A stretch of 64,000 nt of DNA from Patescibacteria group bacterium (GCA_040384485.1 JAZKJH010000003.1:144979-208978), one strand, 5' to 3'. Shown: positions 43,973 to 54,089, counted from the stretch's first letter. Made by a program: numbers and translations. Notes: generated by a model from the sequence alone, not told the origin.

Positions 43973-44080
43973 TTTTACTTGAAAGTTAATTACTAGTAAT
44001 ATAAGCCTAATTATACAGGAATAGATTTCTAAACAAAAGCAATTTGATTTTGGTTAAAACTAGAGTATTATGTTTGTATT

Positions 44081-45007
44081 ATGATAAAAGTATTTGGACA
44101 CATTTCACCTGATACAGACGCAACAGGTAGTGCTATTTTATGGGCATGGTATTTAAATAACCATACAAGTAACAAAGGTACTCCCTATGTTTTGGGTCAA
44201 CTTAACAAGGAAACAAGCTTCGTTTTAAGAAAATGGGGGATAACTGAGCCAGAATTTTTGGAAAACTTGAGTTCTGATGATGAGGTGGTAATAGTAGACA
44301 CTAACAACCCTCAAGAGTTGCCAACCAACGTAAATGAAGCAAAAATAGTACAAATTATTGACCATCACTTGCTAGTTGGAGGATTAACTACAAAAGGACC
44401 AATAGAGGTCACGATGAGACCCCTTGCTTGTACTGCTACGGTTATTCACGGACTTATGGGGGAAACCGCCCACAACCTTCCAAAAGAGATAGCAGGGCTT
44501 ATGCTTTCATGCATTTTGTCAGACACACTAGCATTCCGTTCGCCAACTACAACTTCTCATGATAAAGATGTGGCAGAAAAGCTGGCAAAAGAACTAGGGA
44601 TAGATATAACAGAGTATTCAAACGAGATGTTCAAGGCAAAATCCGATGTTTCTGACTTTACCGACACAGGACTAATTCACATAGATAGTAAGAAATACGC
44701 AGTAGGAGACAAAAACTTTCGAGTCTCAGTGGTGGAAACGACAGATGCAGATTCTATTCTAGCTAGAAAAGACGGCATAGTAGAAGCTATTAAAACTCTC
44801 GTAACTGAAGAAGCCGATGTGGATGATGTTCTTTTTTTCATCACCGACATTCTTAAGGAGGAGGCAACAGTGTTTACATACAATGAACTAACCAAGGGAA
44901 TAGTAGAAGCATCCTTCGGAGTAACAGTAGAAGGAGACACAGAAGTTCTTCCGGGAATCCTCTCCCGCAAAAAACAAATCCTCCCAGTTTTGAAACTTCC
45001 TAATTAA
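44081..45007 (+). CDS. ppaC: Manganese-dependent inorganic pyrophosphatase (family II, DHH)
   Basis: MIKVFGHISPDTDATGSA start, DHH motif (IIDHH), DHHA2 C-terminal domain. Confidence 0.9.
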   Translation: MIKVFGHISPDTDATGSAILWAWYLNNHTSNKGTPYVLGQLNKETSFVLRKWGITEPEFLENLSSDDEVVIVDTNNPQELPTNVNEAKIVQIIDHHLLVGGLTTKGPIEVTMRPLACTATVIHGLMGETAHNLPKEIAGLMLSCILSDTLAFRSPTTTSHDKDVAEKLAKELGIDITEYSNEMFKAKSDVSDFTDTGLIHIDSKKYAVGDKNFRVSVVETTDADSILARKDGIVEAIKTLVTEEADVDDVLFFITDILKEEATVFTYNELTKGIVEASFGVTVEGDTEVLPGILSRKKQILPVLKLPN

Positions 45008-45038
45008 CAAAAACTCCGTCAGATGACGGAGTTTTTGT
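45008..45038. terminator. Bidirectional terminator between ppaC and nusA
   Basis: aaaaACTCCGTCAGATGACGGAGTtttt. Confidence 0.7.
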
Positions 45039-45047
45039 TAATTGTAC

Positions 45048-46193
45048 TTATTCAGCTGGAGTTTCTTCTGTTTCTTCAACTTTCTCCTCTACAGGAGCCG
45101 CTTTATTACTTACTGATTGAATATCTATTTTCCATCCAGTTAGTTTTGCTGCTAGTCGAACGTTTTGTCCTTGTTTTCCGATAGCTAGAGATTGTTGGTC
45201 TTCAGAAACCATGACTGTAGCTTTTTTCTCTTCTTCGTTTATTTCAACTGAGAGAGCTTTGGCAGGTGATAGAGCATCCTCGATAAATTTCTTTGGATCT
45301 TCTGACCATTCAATAATATCTATTTTTTCTCCACCAAGTTCAGACATAACAGTAGATACTCTTACTCCTCTTTGTCCCACCATAGAACCAACAGGATCTA
45401 TGTGAGAGTCTTTTGAGGCAACAGCTATCTTTGTTCTTGAACCTGCTTCTCTAGCAACTGATTTAACCATTACTGTTCCATTTACTATTTCTGGAGCTTC
45501 TGCTTCAAAAAGTTTCTCTAGGAATTTTGGATGACTTCTTGAAAGTCGTAGGAATACTCCCTTTCCACTCTCTTCTACTTTATATAGGTAAGCACGTACT
45601 CTTTCTCCTTGGCCAAATCTCTCTCCAGGGATTTGCTCTTCGTATGGAAGAAGTCCTGTAGCTCTACCCATATCAACAAAGATATTTCCTCTTTCCATTC
45701 TCTGGACAGTTCCACTAACTATCTCTCCCTCTCTTTGTCCGTACTCAGTCATTACTGAAACTTTTTCTGCCTCTCTGATTTTTTGCATGATAACTTGTTT
45801 TGCTGTTTGAGCTGCAATACGACTATAGTCGTCATGTGCAGGAAGAGGGAATACTAGTTCTTCACCAAGAACCACATCTTTTTTGATTCTTTTAGCATCC
45901 TCTAGCATTATGTGTTTCTCCTCACTGTATAGATCCATTCCTTCTGGAAGCTCTCCTTCGATGTCCTCCATAAGCACAGTAGTTTCATCCACTGCAATTT
46001 TTACTTGGAACATTTCTGTTTTACCTGTGTTTAGGTCGAACTTTGCCTTCACGATCTGACCCTTTTTTCCGTATTCTTTCTTGTAAGCAGTAGCAAGAGC
46101 AAGTTCAATAGCCTCAATGATTTTCGCTTGAGGAATGCCACGCTCTTCTTCTAATTGCTTCAAAACACTATTTATAACTTTTAAATCAAACAT
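45048..46193 (-). CDS. nusA: Transcription termination/antitermination factor NusA
   Basis: N-terminal RNAP-binding domain, S1 domain, two KH domains (GxxGxxV motifs), 381 aa. Confidence 0.9.
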   Translation of the reverse strand: MFDLKVINSVLKQLEEERGIPQAKIIEAIELALATAYKKEYGKKGQIVKAKFDLNTGKTEMFQVKIAVDETTVLMEDIEGELPEGMDLYSEEKHIMLEDAKRIKKDVVLGEELVFPLPAHDDYSRIAAQTAKQVIMQKIREAEKVSVMTEYGQREGEIVSGTVQRMERGNIFVDMGRATGLLPYEEQIPGERFGQGERVRAYLYKVEESGKGVFLRLSRSHPKFLEKLFEAEAPEIVNGTVMVKSVAREAGSRTKIAVASKDSHIDPVGSMVGQRGVRVSTVMSELGGEKIDIIEWSEDPKKFIEDALSPAKALSVEINEEEKKATVMVSEDQQSLAIGKQGQNVRLAAKLTGWKIDIQSVSNKAAPVEEKVEETEETPAE

Positions 46194-46242
46194 ACTTTTA
46201 TTTAGTTAAATTTTAATATATTTATATTTTACCTCAAAATTT

Positions 46243-46272
46243 GGTAAAAAAATGGTCCGCCCTCGTGGGCGA
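46243..46272 (-). terminator. Terminator/attenuator hairpin in the nusA leader (proximal)
   Basis: Minus strand: CGCCCACGAGGGCG followed by GACCATTTTTTT. Confidence 0.55.
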
Positions 46273-46317
46273 ACTTCAATACATATATAATACACCTACT
46301 CTATATTATTGTCAAAT

Positions 46318-46358
46318 ATAAATAAAAATGGTCAAGTAAGCCTTGCTTACATGACCAT
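46318..46358 (-). terminator. Long near-perfect hairpin terminator in the nusA leader (distal), after the small membrane protein gene
   Basis: ATGGTCAAGTAAGC-CTT-GCTTACATGACCAT (14-bp stem, one mismatch), followed on the minus strand by TTTTATTT. Confidence 0.6.
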
Positions 46359-46374
46359 TTATGCTTGAAAACAG

Positions 46375-46524
46375 TTATTTACACCTGCCGTTATCGTAGT
46401 AACAGCTCAGTGTTTGTCTCTCTGCACGACCCCTTTTTGCGTAGTAGTCAATTGTTGCGAAAATTCCGGTCAAAACGCAAGAACAAACAAAAATTAATAC
46501 CAAACCAGTCTCATGACGCCTCAT
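46375..46524 (-). CDS. Small membrane protein (49 aa) with a Cys-rich C-terminus
   Basis: TAGGAGGTGAAAGC then ATG; MRRHETGLVLIFVCSCVLTGIFATIDYYAKRGRAERQTLSCYYDNGRCK. The start is taken at the internal ATG with its strong Shine-Dalgarno rather than the longer ORF. Confidence 0.45.
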   Translation of the reverse strand: MRRHETGLVLIFVCSCVLTGIFATIDYYAKRGRAERQTLSCYYDNGRCK

Positions 46525-46607
46525 GCTTTCACCTCCTAAATAAAACATTAAGCTTTCTTGGTGTTTTGTCAAATATGCCTTTGTGTGTAATATAGGGCTG
46601 GGGGAAC

Positions 46608-47024
46608 ATGACACCACATAGCAGAAGTCTTGTATCAGACACAGATTTTTTACTTTTCTCCAAAATCCGTCAGGCGGTCATCGACCTACCTGACCTGGAT
46701 TATGGCAAAGACAAGGAAGACAACCCTGTGCTTTTGAGTTGCCACATGCTTGCAATGGCTTGTTCCAGAGCTTTTGAGGTCAAAGCTGAACATGGTTTTT
46801 ACCTGGAAAGCTATCGGCATTCCTGGCTCAGGTTACCTAGTGGTAACATAATCGATGTTTATCCAGTGGCTCAACTGGGTGGACCGATACTTTTCGATGC
46901 AGTGAACTTTTATCATTCACTGGCTCTTTATAAGCCACTCGCTTTGCGTAATGAGTTCAATTCTGAGGAATTCTTGGGCCATGTGGTGAAAATCGAAGAA
47001 CAGATTCAACTTGCAAAAGTCTAA
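46608..47024 (+). CDS. Hypothetical protein (138 aa), higher GC
   Basis: ORF only. Confidence 0.4.
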   Translation: MTPHSRSLVSDTDFLLFSKIRQAVIDLPDLDYGKDKEDNPVLLSCHMLAMACSRAFEVKAEHGFYLESYRHSWLRLPSGNIIDVYPVAQLGGPILFDAVNFYHSLALYKPLALRNEFNSEEFLGHVVKIEEQIQLAKV

Positions 47025-47041
47025 CAAAGCTGGAGGTCCGG

Positions 47042-47422
47042 ATGGTGCTAACGCTGGTGATCGTGTTCGTAGTAGTGACGTTTATCCGCCTTGAAAACTA
47101 TTACTACAGGGTAGTATGTTCCAATAGGCTTCGAGAGTACAGTGTGAAGGAGTTAACTGGTAAAGACAACTCCACCACTGAAGAGATTCTTTCGTCAGTC
47201 AAGACAAAAGATTTGGCTTGTGAGAGGTCTATTGCGAAAGATATTGCTCTCATGTTTCAAAAACATGCAGGAGTTTCTGTCCGTTCAATGGTTAAAGACC
47301 GCAATGGCAATCCAGAAGTTTGTTTTGTTGCCAGATATGGAAAAATTATGACAGTCGACGAATGTAGTCATCCGTCATATCCATGGCAAGGTGACGAAAA
47401 GTTTGTTTGTCAGATGCACTGA
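47042..47422 (+). CDS. Hypothetical protein with an N-terminal TM (126 aa)
   Basis: ORF followed by a terminator at 47431-47458. Confidence 0.4.
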   Translation: MVLTLVIVFVVVTFIRLENYYYRVVCSNRLREYSVKELTGKDNSTTEEILSSVKTKDLACERSIAKDIALMFQKHAGVSVRSMVKDRNGNPEVCFVARYGKIMTVDECSHPSYPWQGDEKFVCQMH

Positions 47423-47430
47423 AAGAAATA

Positions 47431-47458
47431 ACCCGCCAGAATATCGGCGGGTTTTTAT
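47431..47458 (+). terminator. Rho-independent terminator
   Basis: CCCGCCAGAATATCGGCGGG followed by TTTTT. Confidence 0.7.
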
Positions 47459-47564
47459 ATTTACAAATTTATTTCTAACTTGTTCACAATTTTTATACTA
47501 AATAAACATTTTTTTTGATAGAATGTAGATAAACATTCGTAGTATTTCGAATAATTCTATTCTC

Positions 47565-49319
47565 ATGCACATCGAAGAATCACAATTAAAAGATTTTATA
47601 TTGGACTCCGGGCTTGTTTCTCGTGCTGATTTAGACGCAGCAACAAAAGAAGCAAAAGAAAGTGGTAAAACTCTTGGCAAGGTGTTGGTAGCAAACGGTA
47701 AGCTGACTGATGACGGGTTGCGTCGTATGCAAGCTTATACAATAGGCATTCCTTTTGTTGATATAAAGAACGAAAAAATTCCTTTTGAAGTTCTCTCACT
47801 TATTCCAGAGCCGATTGCACGAAACCATAATATTATTGCATTCAAAAAAACCGATACAGCACTCGAGGTAGCGATGTTAGACACAGAGGACCTTACAGCG
47901 ATTGATTTTATAAAAAAGAAAGTTGGGCTAAAAATACTCCCACGACTTACAGACAGTGAGTCCATGAAGGTGGCCATACTTCAGTATCAAAAAAGTTTGA
48001 AAGCTGAGTTCGGGGATTTGATTCAAGAAGATACAAAAGCATTGCAAAGTATCCCTGAAGATGGGAAGGAAGGGGACATTTCTGGAGATGATTTAAAAAA
48101 GCTGGCTGACGATGTTCCTGTTGTTCGTATCGTAGACACACTTTTGAAACATGCCATTTTGCAAAATGCATCTGACATCCACATTGAACCCCAAGAAAAA
48201 GAATTACTTGTTCGATATAGACTAGATGGAATGCTTCATGATGCCATGGTTCTTCCAAAAAACATGGCTGCAAGTATCGTGGCTCGTATAAAAGTTTTAT
48301 CTAGCTTGAAGCTTGATGAAAAACGCCTTCCACAAGACGGACGTTTCAAAATAGATTCAAACGGAGAAAAAGTTTCTTTCCGTGTATCCACTCTTCCAAC
48401 TTATTATGGAGAAAAAATAGTTATGCGTCTTTTGCGAGAGAACGTTTCAGGGTTTACTCTCGAGCACCTGGGTTTTCATGGCGATGGACTAGAGAGAATC
48501 CACAAAGCAGTAAAGTCTACTACGGGGATGATACTTACTACTGGACCTACTGGTTCAGGTAAAACAACTACCTTGTATACTATTTTAGATATTCTAAACA
48601 CGCCAGATGTAAACATATCTACTATCGAGGATCCAATAGAATACCAGATGAAAAGAATAAATCAGACCCAAGTTCGACCTGAGATTGGTTTCACTTTTTC
48701 TTCTGGACTTCGAACTCTAGTTCGACAAGACCCGGATGTGATAATGGTGGGGGAGATTCGAGACGGTGAGACCGCGTCACTTGCCATCAACGCTTCTCTT
48801 ACCGGGCACGTCGTGCTTTCTACTCTCCACACCAACTCTGCTGCGGGAGCTATTCCTAGACTTATTGATATGAAAGTAGAACCTTTTTTGTTGGTGTCTA
48901 CTATAAACGTAATAATCGGACAGAGACTTGTTAGAAAACTAAATGATCAAAAAGAAAAGTATTTTCTAACAAAGGCTGAAGTTGAGACTTTGGGTAAGTC
49001 AGTTAACCTAGAGAAGGTTCTGTCTGCATTAAAAGAAGAAAAAGTGGTGGGTAAAAGCGATAAGTGGGAAGAAGTTCCTTTTTGGAGACTAAAAAAAGAC
49101 GTAGCTGATGAACAGGGTTTTGCTGGACGAGTCGGCATTCACGAGATTCTTAAAGTAACCCCGACTATAAAAGAAGTTATTCTAAAGTCGGGAACAACAG
49201 ATGAAATACAAAAACAAGCTGAAGCAGAGGGAATGCTAACGATGATCGAGGACGGGATTTTCAAGGCGGTTCTCGGAGTGACCACCATAGAGGAGGTGTT
49301 AAGAGTGGTGTCTGAATAA
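47565..49319 (+). CDS. pilB: Type IV pilus assembly ATPase PilB (GspE family)
   Basis: N-terminal GspII_E_N-like domain, Walker A GPTGSGKTT, Asp box, Walker B (MVGEIRD), His box; 584 aa. Confidence 0.9.
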   Translation: MHIEESQLKDFILDSGLVSRADLDAATKEAKESGKTLGKVLVANGKLTDDGLRRMQAYTIGIPFVDIKNEKIPFEVLSLIPEPIARNHNIIAFKKTDTALEVAMLDTEDLTAIDFIKKKVGLKILPRLTDSESMKVAILQYQKSLKAEFGDLIQEDTKALQSIPEDGKEGDISGDDLKKLADDVPVVRIVDTLLKHAILQNASDIHIEPQEKELLVRYRLDGMLHDAMVLPKNMAASIVARIKVLSSLKLDEKRLPQDGRFKIDSNGEKVSFRVSTLPTYYGEKIVMRLLRENVSGFTLEHLGFHGDGLERIHKAVKSTTGMILTTGPTGSGKTTTLYTILDILNTPDVNISTIEDPIEYQMKRINQTQVRPEIGFTFSSGLRTLVRQDPDVIMVGEIRDGETASLAINASLTGHVVLSTLHTNSAAGAIPRLIDMKVEPFLLVSTINVIIGQRLVRKLNDQKEKYFLTKAEVETLGKSVNLEKVLSALKEEKVVGKSDKWEEVPFWRLKKDVADEQGFAGRVGIHEILKVTPTIKEVILKSGTTDEIQKQAEAEGMLTMIEDGIFKAVLGVTTIEEVLRVVSE

Positions 49320-49354
49320 TTCCCACTTCATTTTATATCTTAAATTTCTAATAC

Positions 49355-50572
49355 ATGCCTTTATTTCACTATCAACTAATCGATCAAAAAGGTATCCGTT
49401 CAGAGGGTACCATGGAAGCGAGTGATAAGTTTGCTTTGTATAACATTATAAAAAAGGACGGAATTACCATAATAGGAGCAGAAGAATTGATGCACAAAAG
49501 CACGATGGAGGTCTTGAATAATCTTCCTATTTTTAACAGTGTAAAACTTCACGACAAGATTTTGTTTGCTAGAAACCTTTCTAAGATGTTAGATGCAGGG
49601 CTACCGATGACTCGAGCCTTAGCTATCATGCAAAGGGAAGCAAAAGGCGAGCTGAAGAAAGTTCTGACGAAACTAGAGGATTCACTTTCTAAAGGAGTTA
49701 GCTTGAGTGAAGGTATGAAACAGCACCCAAAAGTTTTCTCAACCTTGTTTATTTCGATGGTAAAAGCAGGAGAGGAGTCAGGCAATCTCTCTATTTCTTT
49801 GCAAAACGTTTCCCTGCAGATGGAAAAAAGTTATCAATTAAACAAAAAAATCAAAGGAGCTCTGATGTATCCGGCAGTTATTATTTGTCTTATGGTGGCT
49901 ATCGGAGTACTTATGATGATATATATGGTTCCAACTCTTACCGCTACTTTTACCAGTCTAAAAGTTGAGCTTCCTTTGGCTACCAGACTGATTATAGGCA
50001 CAAGTAATTTTCTAGTTAATTATTCGTTGTTGGTTTTAGTGGGAGTTGTGGCCTTAGGCTTTTCAGTTATGTATTCCATACGAACCACAAAAGGCCAAAG
50101 GTTTATGGATTGGTTTTTGCTCAAACTTCCTATTGTGGGAGACATGGTGAAACAAATTAACTCCGCTAGAACCGGAAGAACAATGTCATCCCTGGTGTCA
50201 TCGGGAGTAGATATTGTGGTTGCACTAGGAGTTACAAAAGATGTTTTGCAAAACTCATATTACAAAGAAGTGTTGGGGGAGGTCCAAAACACTATTCAAA
50301 AAGGAGCAACTATTTCTTCCGTACTTTCAAAACACGGCAACTTGTACCCGGTGTTTGTATCTGAAATGGCAGCTGTAGGAGAGGAAACAGGAAAAATAGG
50401 TGACATGCTACTCAGCGTGGCTTTATTCTATGAAGAAGAAATAGATCAAAAGACAAAGGATATGTCTTCGGTTATAGAACCTTTCCTCATGGTATTTATA
50501 GGCCTTGCTGTAGGGTTCTTCGCCATATCTATTATTAGTCCTATATACTCTATAGGAGACTCTATTGGATAA
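49355..50572 (+). CDS. pilC: Type IV pilus inner-membrane platform protein PilC (GspF family)
   Basis: Two GspF repeats, three TM segments, 405 aa. Confidence 0.9.
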   Translation: MPLFHYQLIDQKGIRSEGTMEASDKFALYNIIKKDGITIIGAEELMHKSTMEVLNNLPIFNSVKLHDKILFARNLSKMLDAGLPMTRALAIMQREAKGELKKVLTKLEDSLSKGVSLSEGMKQHPKVFSTLFISMVKAGEESGNLSISLQNVSLQMEKSYQLNKKIKGALMYPAVIICLMVAIGVLMMIYMVPTLTATFTSLKVELPLATRLIIGTSNFLVNYSLLVLVGVVALGFSVMYSIRTTKGQRFMDWFLLKLPIVGDMVKQINSARTGRTMSSLVSSGVDIVVALGVTKDVLQNSYYKEVLGEVQNTIQKGATISSVLSKHGNLYPVFVSEMAAVGEETGKIGDMLLSVALFYEEEIDQKTKDMSSVIEPFLMVFIGLAVGFFAISIISPIYSIGDSIG

Positions 50573-51053
50573 AATGAAATACTTTATAAACAAAAAAGAA
50601 AAAACCTCTGGCTTCAGTCTCATGGAAGTTCTGGTAGTGCTGGGTGTTCTGGCACTAGTTGTCAGTATTGTTTTTTCCGGTTTCAATAGTTTCAGTAAAA
50701 CAAAATCAGTTGGAAGTGATGCTGAAACAATAGTAGAGATTCTTCGACAAGCTCGCAACGAAACCATAGCTTCTAAAAATTCGTCAGCATATGGAGTACA
50801 TTTTAGTGGTAACACCATGACTATTTTTGTCGGACCTACCTATAGTGCTGGAGCAGCAACAAATAGGGTAATAAGTTTGCCTTCCAACAACACCTCACTC
50901 ACACTTTCTCTTACTGGTGGAGTTTCGTATGTTCTGTTTGCAAAAATTTCTGGAGAAACAAATCAAAACGGAACGATCACAGTATCTTCTTCTGGTGTTA
51001 CTGGAACAAAAACTGTTACAATATACAAAACAGGAATTGTAGAGATGAATTAA
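50565..51053 (+). CDS. Type IV pilin / pseudopilin (prepilin-type N-terminal cleavage/methylation domain)
   Basis: KTSG|FSLMEVLVVLGVLALV: Gly at -1, Glu at +5, hydrophobic helix. Confidence 0.75.
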   Translation: MDKMKYFINKKEKTSGFSLMEVLVVLGVLALVVSIVFSGFNSFSKTKSVGSDAETIVEILRQARNETIASKNSSAYGVHFSGNTMTIFVGPTYSAGAATNRVISLPSNNTSLTLSLTGGVSYVLFAKISGETNQNGTITVSSSGVTGTKTVTIYKTGIVEMN

Positions 51054-51059
51054 TTTTTT

Positions 51060-51524
51060 ATGATAAATAAAAAAGCAGGTCTAGCACTTGCAGAAATAAT
51101 TATCGGAGCCTCTATTATGTCGATAGCAATACTCGCAGTTAGTTCTGTGTATGCTAGGTATGTTGATTATGCCTTATCCAACGATGAGAATGTCGTGGCT
51201 TCGTATGTACTGGAGGAGGGGGTGGAGGTTATGACTTTTTTTAGGGATGTTAGCTGGTTAAATATTGGGAACCTTAGTACAACTACAACATACTATCTGA
51301 CCTTTTCTGGAAATTCTTGGGCTACCAGTACAACTCCACAATATGTAGATGGAAAAATTTTGAGGAGAGTTAACTTGGAAGATGTTAGGAGAGATATTAA
51401 TGATGATATTGCCGTCGCTGGAACCGTTGACTCTAATATCAAAAAAATCACAGTCACGGTGGAGTACTTTCAGGGGCATGCCACAACAACCAAATCACTT
51501 TCAACTTATTTAACAAATATATAA
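51060..51524 (+). CDS. Pilin-like protein (prepilin-type N-terminus)
   Basis: KKAG|LALAEIIIGASIMSIAIL with Glu at +5. Confidence 0.6.
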   Translation: MINKKAGLALAEIIIGASIMSIAILAVSSVYARYVDYALSNDENVVASYVLEEGVEVMTFFRDVSWLNIGNLSTTTTYYLTFSGNSWATSTTPQYVDGKILRRVNLEDVRRDINDDIAVAGTVDSNIKKITVTVEYFQGHATTTKSLSTYLTNI

Positions 51525-51525
51525 T

Positions 51526-52029
51526 ATGTTAAAAAACTCTAAAACAAGAGGGTATTCTTTGGTGGAGATGATCATATATGTCACTATCCTTTCGATTGTT
51601 TCTGTAGTTTTAGTTAACACACTACTTTCTTTTACAGGTTCATATAAACAACTACAAGCTTTGAGAGCGGTGGATCGTTCAGCGATGGATGTTATGGAAA
51701 AGTTTAGCAGGAGTATCAGAAGCAGTACCTCTATAGATATAGGAGGAAGTAGTTTTGGTGCCAACCCTGGTGTTTTGGTGCTAGTTGAAACGGATGGTTT
51801 GGTGTCCACTACTACTAGATTTTACCTGGAGAACCAAGTAGTAAAAATGGATGTGAACGGTGTTTATTATGGACCATTATCTCTTGGTGTTGCAGATGTA
51901 ACTAGTTTAGTGTTTAGAAAAACAGATAGCGATAGTACTAGCGCTATAAAAATAGAAATGACTGTATCGGCAAATATAGGTGGAGTAACAAAGCAGAAGA
52001 ACTTTTTTCTAACCACAGTTACAAAATAA
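51526..52029 (+). CDS. Pilin-like protein (prepilin-type N-terminus)
   Basis: TRG|YSLVEMIIYVTILSIV with Glu at +5. Confidence 0.7.
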   Translation: MLKNSKTRGYSLVEMIIYVTILSIVSVVLVNTLLSFTGSYKQLQALRAVDRSAMDVMEKFSRSIRSSTSIDIGGSSFGANPGVLVLVETDGLVSTTTRFYLENQVVKMDVNGVYYGPLSLGVADVTSLVFRKTDSDSTSAIKIEMTVSANIGGVTKQKNFFLTTVTK

Positions 52030-52045
52030 ATTTTATATATTTATC

Positions 52046-53824
52046 ATGCAAACCAACCACAAAAAACAAAACAATAAAGGGGCAGCAATGCTTATTGTTG
52101 TTATGTTTTCACTCTTTGCTTCGATGACAGTTGTGATGGGGGTAGTGGTCCCAGTGTTAAAACAAGCTGCAGCTTCTAAAAACATTTTTCAATCAAAAGA
52201 GAGTTTCTATATGGCTAACAGTGCATTAGAAGATGCTGTATATAGAATACAAAACGGCATGGACATAGATTCGGGAGATATTTTGACTCTAAATGGACAT
52301 GACACAGTTATTTCTGTTACAGATACAATAAACGGAAAAATAATAGAAACAATCAGCGACAGGGACGGGATAGTGAGAAAAATGCAATCAGAAGTAACTC
52401 TGGGGGAAGGAGTAGCTTTTAACTACGGTATTCAAGTTGGCGAAGGAGGTTTTGAATTGTCAGGAGGCTCTAGAGTAAATGGAAACGTGTACTCAAATGG
52501 TAATATTCACGCTGTGAGTGGTGTGACTATAACTGGTTCAGCTATTGCGGGAAATGGTGCTGTTAGTGTGGTAGATGTTACAAATGATACACCCTTACCA
52601 CCAACAAATAATGTGACTTTTAGAAATGCTGCAGCAAGCCAGGACTTTGCACAGAGTTTTCAAGTAACACAAGCATTACCTATTAAAAAAATTAGTTTTT
52701 ATGTTAGACGAGTTGGAAGCCCGAGTGATGCTACTGTTAGAATAGTAAACGATTCAGGTGGGTCTCCAGGAACAACTAATCTGTTATCTAGCAACGGCAC
52801 ACTCTCCAGTTCACTTGTAACAACAAACTACGGTTGGGTGGATGTTGTTTTGCCAAGCAATCCCACTTTAACTCCAGGCACAACATACTGGCTAGTCATA
52901 GACAACAGTACTCAACACTCTAGTCGATACTACGAAATAGGTGGAAACACATCTTATGCTAGTGGTGTAGCAAAGGTTGGAGCTTACTCTGGTGTATGGA
53001 ATAACACTAGTCCGAGCGGTTTGGATGGATATTTTAAGATTTACCTTGGAGGGGAACCTTCTTATATAGGAGGGGATTCTTATGTTGGAGGTGTAAATAT
53101 AGGAGGAACAGCTCATGCAAATACTGTAAGAGGTGCATCAGTTACTGGAGCCTTGTACTGTCAGACAGGAGTTACAAATAACAAAGCATGCGACACTAGC
53201 TTGCCAGACCCGTCTCCACTTAACTACCCGGTATCTGAAGCAAACATAAATGACTGGAAGGCAGGGGCTGAGTCTGGAGGAGTTACAACCGGAAACGTAA
53301 CTATTGGATGGGCCGGAGGAAGTTTGGGCCCACGAAAAATAGTCGGAAACTTAACAGTAAACGGCGGTGGCGTACTGACATTAAATGGTAACTTGTGGGT
53401 AACTGGTACAGTTACAGTTAGTGGTGGAGGACAAATAAGACTTTCTTCTTCTTATGGTAGTAGTAGTGGAGTGATGGTTGCTGATGGAGCGGTAGTATTA
53501 AGTGGTGGAGGAGCCCTTGCGGGCTCTGGTCAAGCGGGAAGCTATCTCATGCTTCTAAGTACTTACGATAGTAGTTGTGTCGGGTCTGTCTGTTCTGGAG
53601 ACCCAGCTATCATTATTACTGGTGGAGCAGGTTCAGTAATTTTGAATGCGCCAAATGGAATACTAGAAATTAATGGAGCTGGAAGCGTAAAGTCAGCAAC
53701 AGCATACAAAATAGAAGCAAGTGGAGGAGCAACTATTACCTATGAGAGCGGTTTGGCGGATATGAATTTTAATAGTGGGCCTTCTGGAGGTTTTAGCATT
53801 TCCTCATGGGAGGAAATCGAATAA
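52046..53824 (+). CDS. Giant minor-pilin / pilus-tip candidate (592 aa): pilin-like N-terminal helix without Glu+5, followed by Gly/Ser/Thr/Asn-rich beta-helix-like repeats
   Basis: NKG|AAMLIVVMFSLFASMTVVMG; PilX-like N-terminus; long repetitive G/S/T/V-rich C-terminal region; last gene of the pilus operon. Confidence 0.55.
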   Translation: MQTNHKKQNNKGAAMLIVVMFSLFASMTVVMGVVVPVLKQAAASKNIFQSKESFYMANSALEDAVYRIQNGMDIDSGDILTLNGHDTVISVTDTINGKIIETISDRDGIVRKMQSEVTLGEGVAFNYGIQVGEGGFELSGGSRVNGNVYSNGNIHAVSGVTITGSAIAGNGAVSVVDVTNDTPLPPTNNVTFRNAAASQDFAQSFQVTQALPIKKISFYVRRVGSPSDATVRIVNDSGGSPGTTNLLSSNGTLSSSLVTTNYGWVDVVLPSNPTLTPGTTYWLVIDNSTQHSSRYYEIGGNTSYASGVAKVGAYSGVWNNTSPSGLDGYFKIYLGGEPSYIGGDSYVGGVNIGGTAHANTVRGASVTGALYCQTGVTNNKACDTSLPDPSPLNYPVSEANINDWKAGAESGGVTTGNVTIGWAGGSLGPRKIVGNLTVNGGGVLTLNGNLWVTGTVTVSGGGQIRLSSSYGSSSGVMVADGAVVLSGGGALAGSGQAGSYLMLLSTYDSSCVGSVCSGDPAIIITGGAGSVILNAPNGILEINGAGSVKSATAYKIEASGGATITYESGLADMNFNSGPSGGFSISSWEEIE

Positions 53825-53984
53825 AATTACCTAATTTGCGTTGTTGCAGTTCAATTTTGCTCGCGCACCGTATTCTTATACGGCTTACTCTCAAAACATC
53901 CTGCGCCTAGCATCTCAGGCAATTTAATTGATTTCCCAAATTCAGACGAGAACCACTCATTGTTTTTGTTACTCGTTGAGAAAA

Positions 53985-54052
53985 GACTAGGTAGCGCGAC
54001 GGCGCGGACTCAAGGAAAATTTTAGCAAAAATTTATCCGTGTCTTTTTGAGA
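53985..54052 (+). repeat. ~68-nt intergenic repeat, copy 2 (see 41625-41695)
   Basis: Same core GCGCGACGGCGCG ... TAGCAA..AATTTAT.CGTGTCTTTTT, downstream of the pilus operon and upstream of tpiA. Confidence 0.6.
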
Positions 54053-54089
54053 CGATGTAACAAAAACAGCTTTATGTTAAAATATTGAG

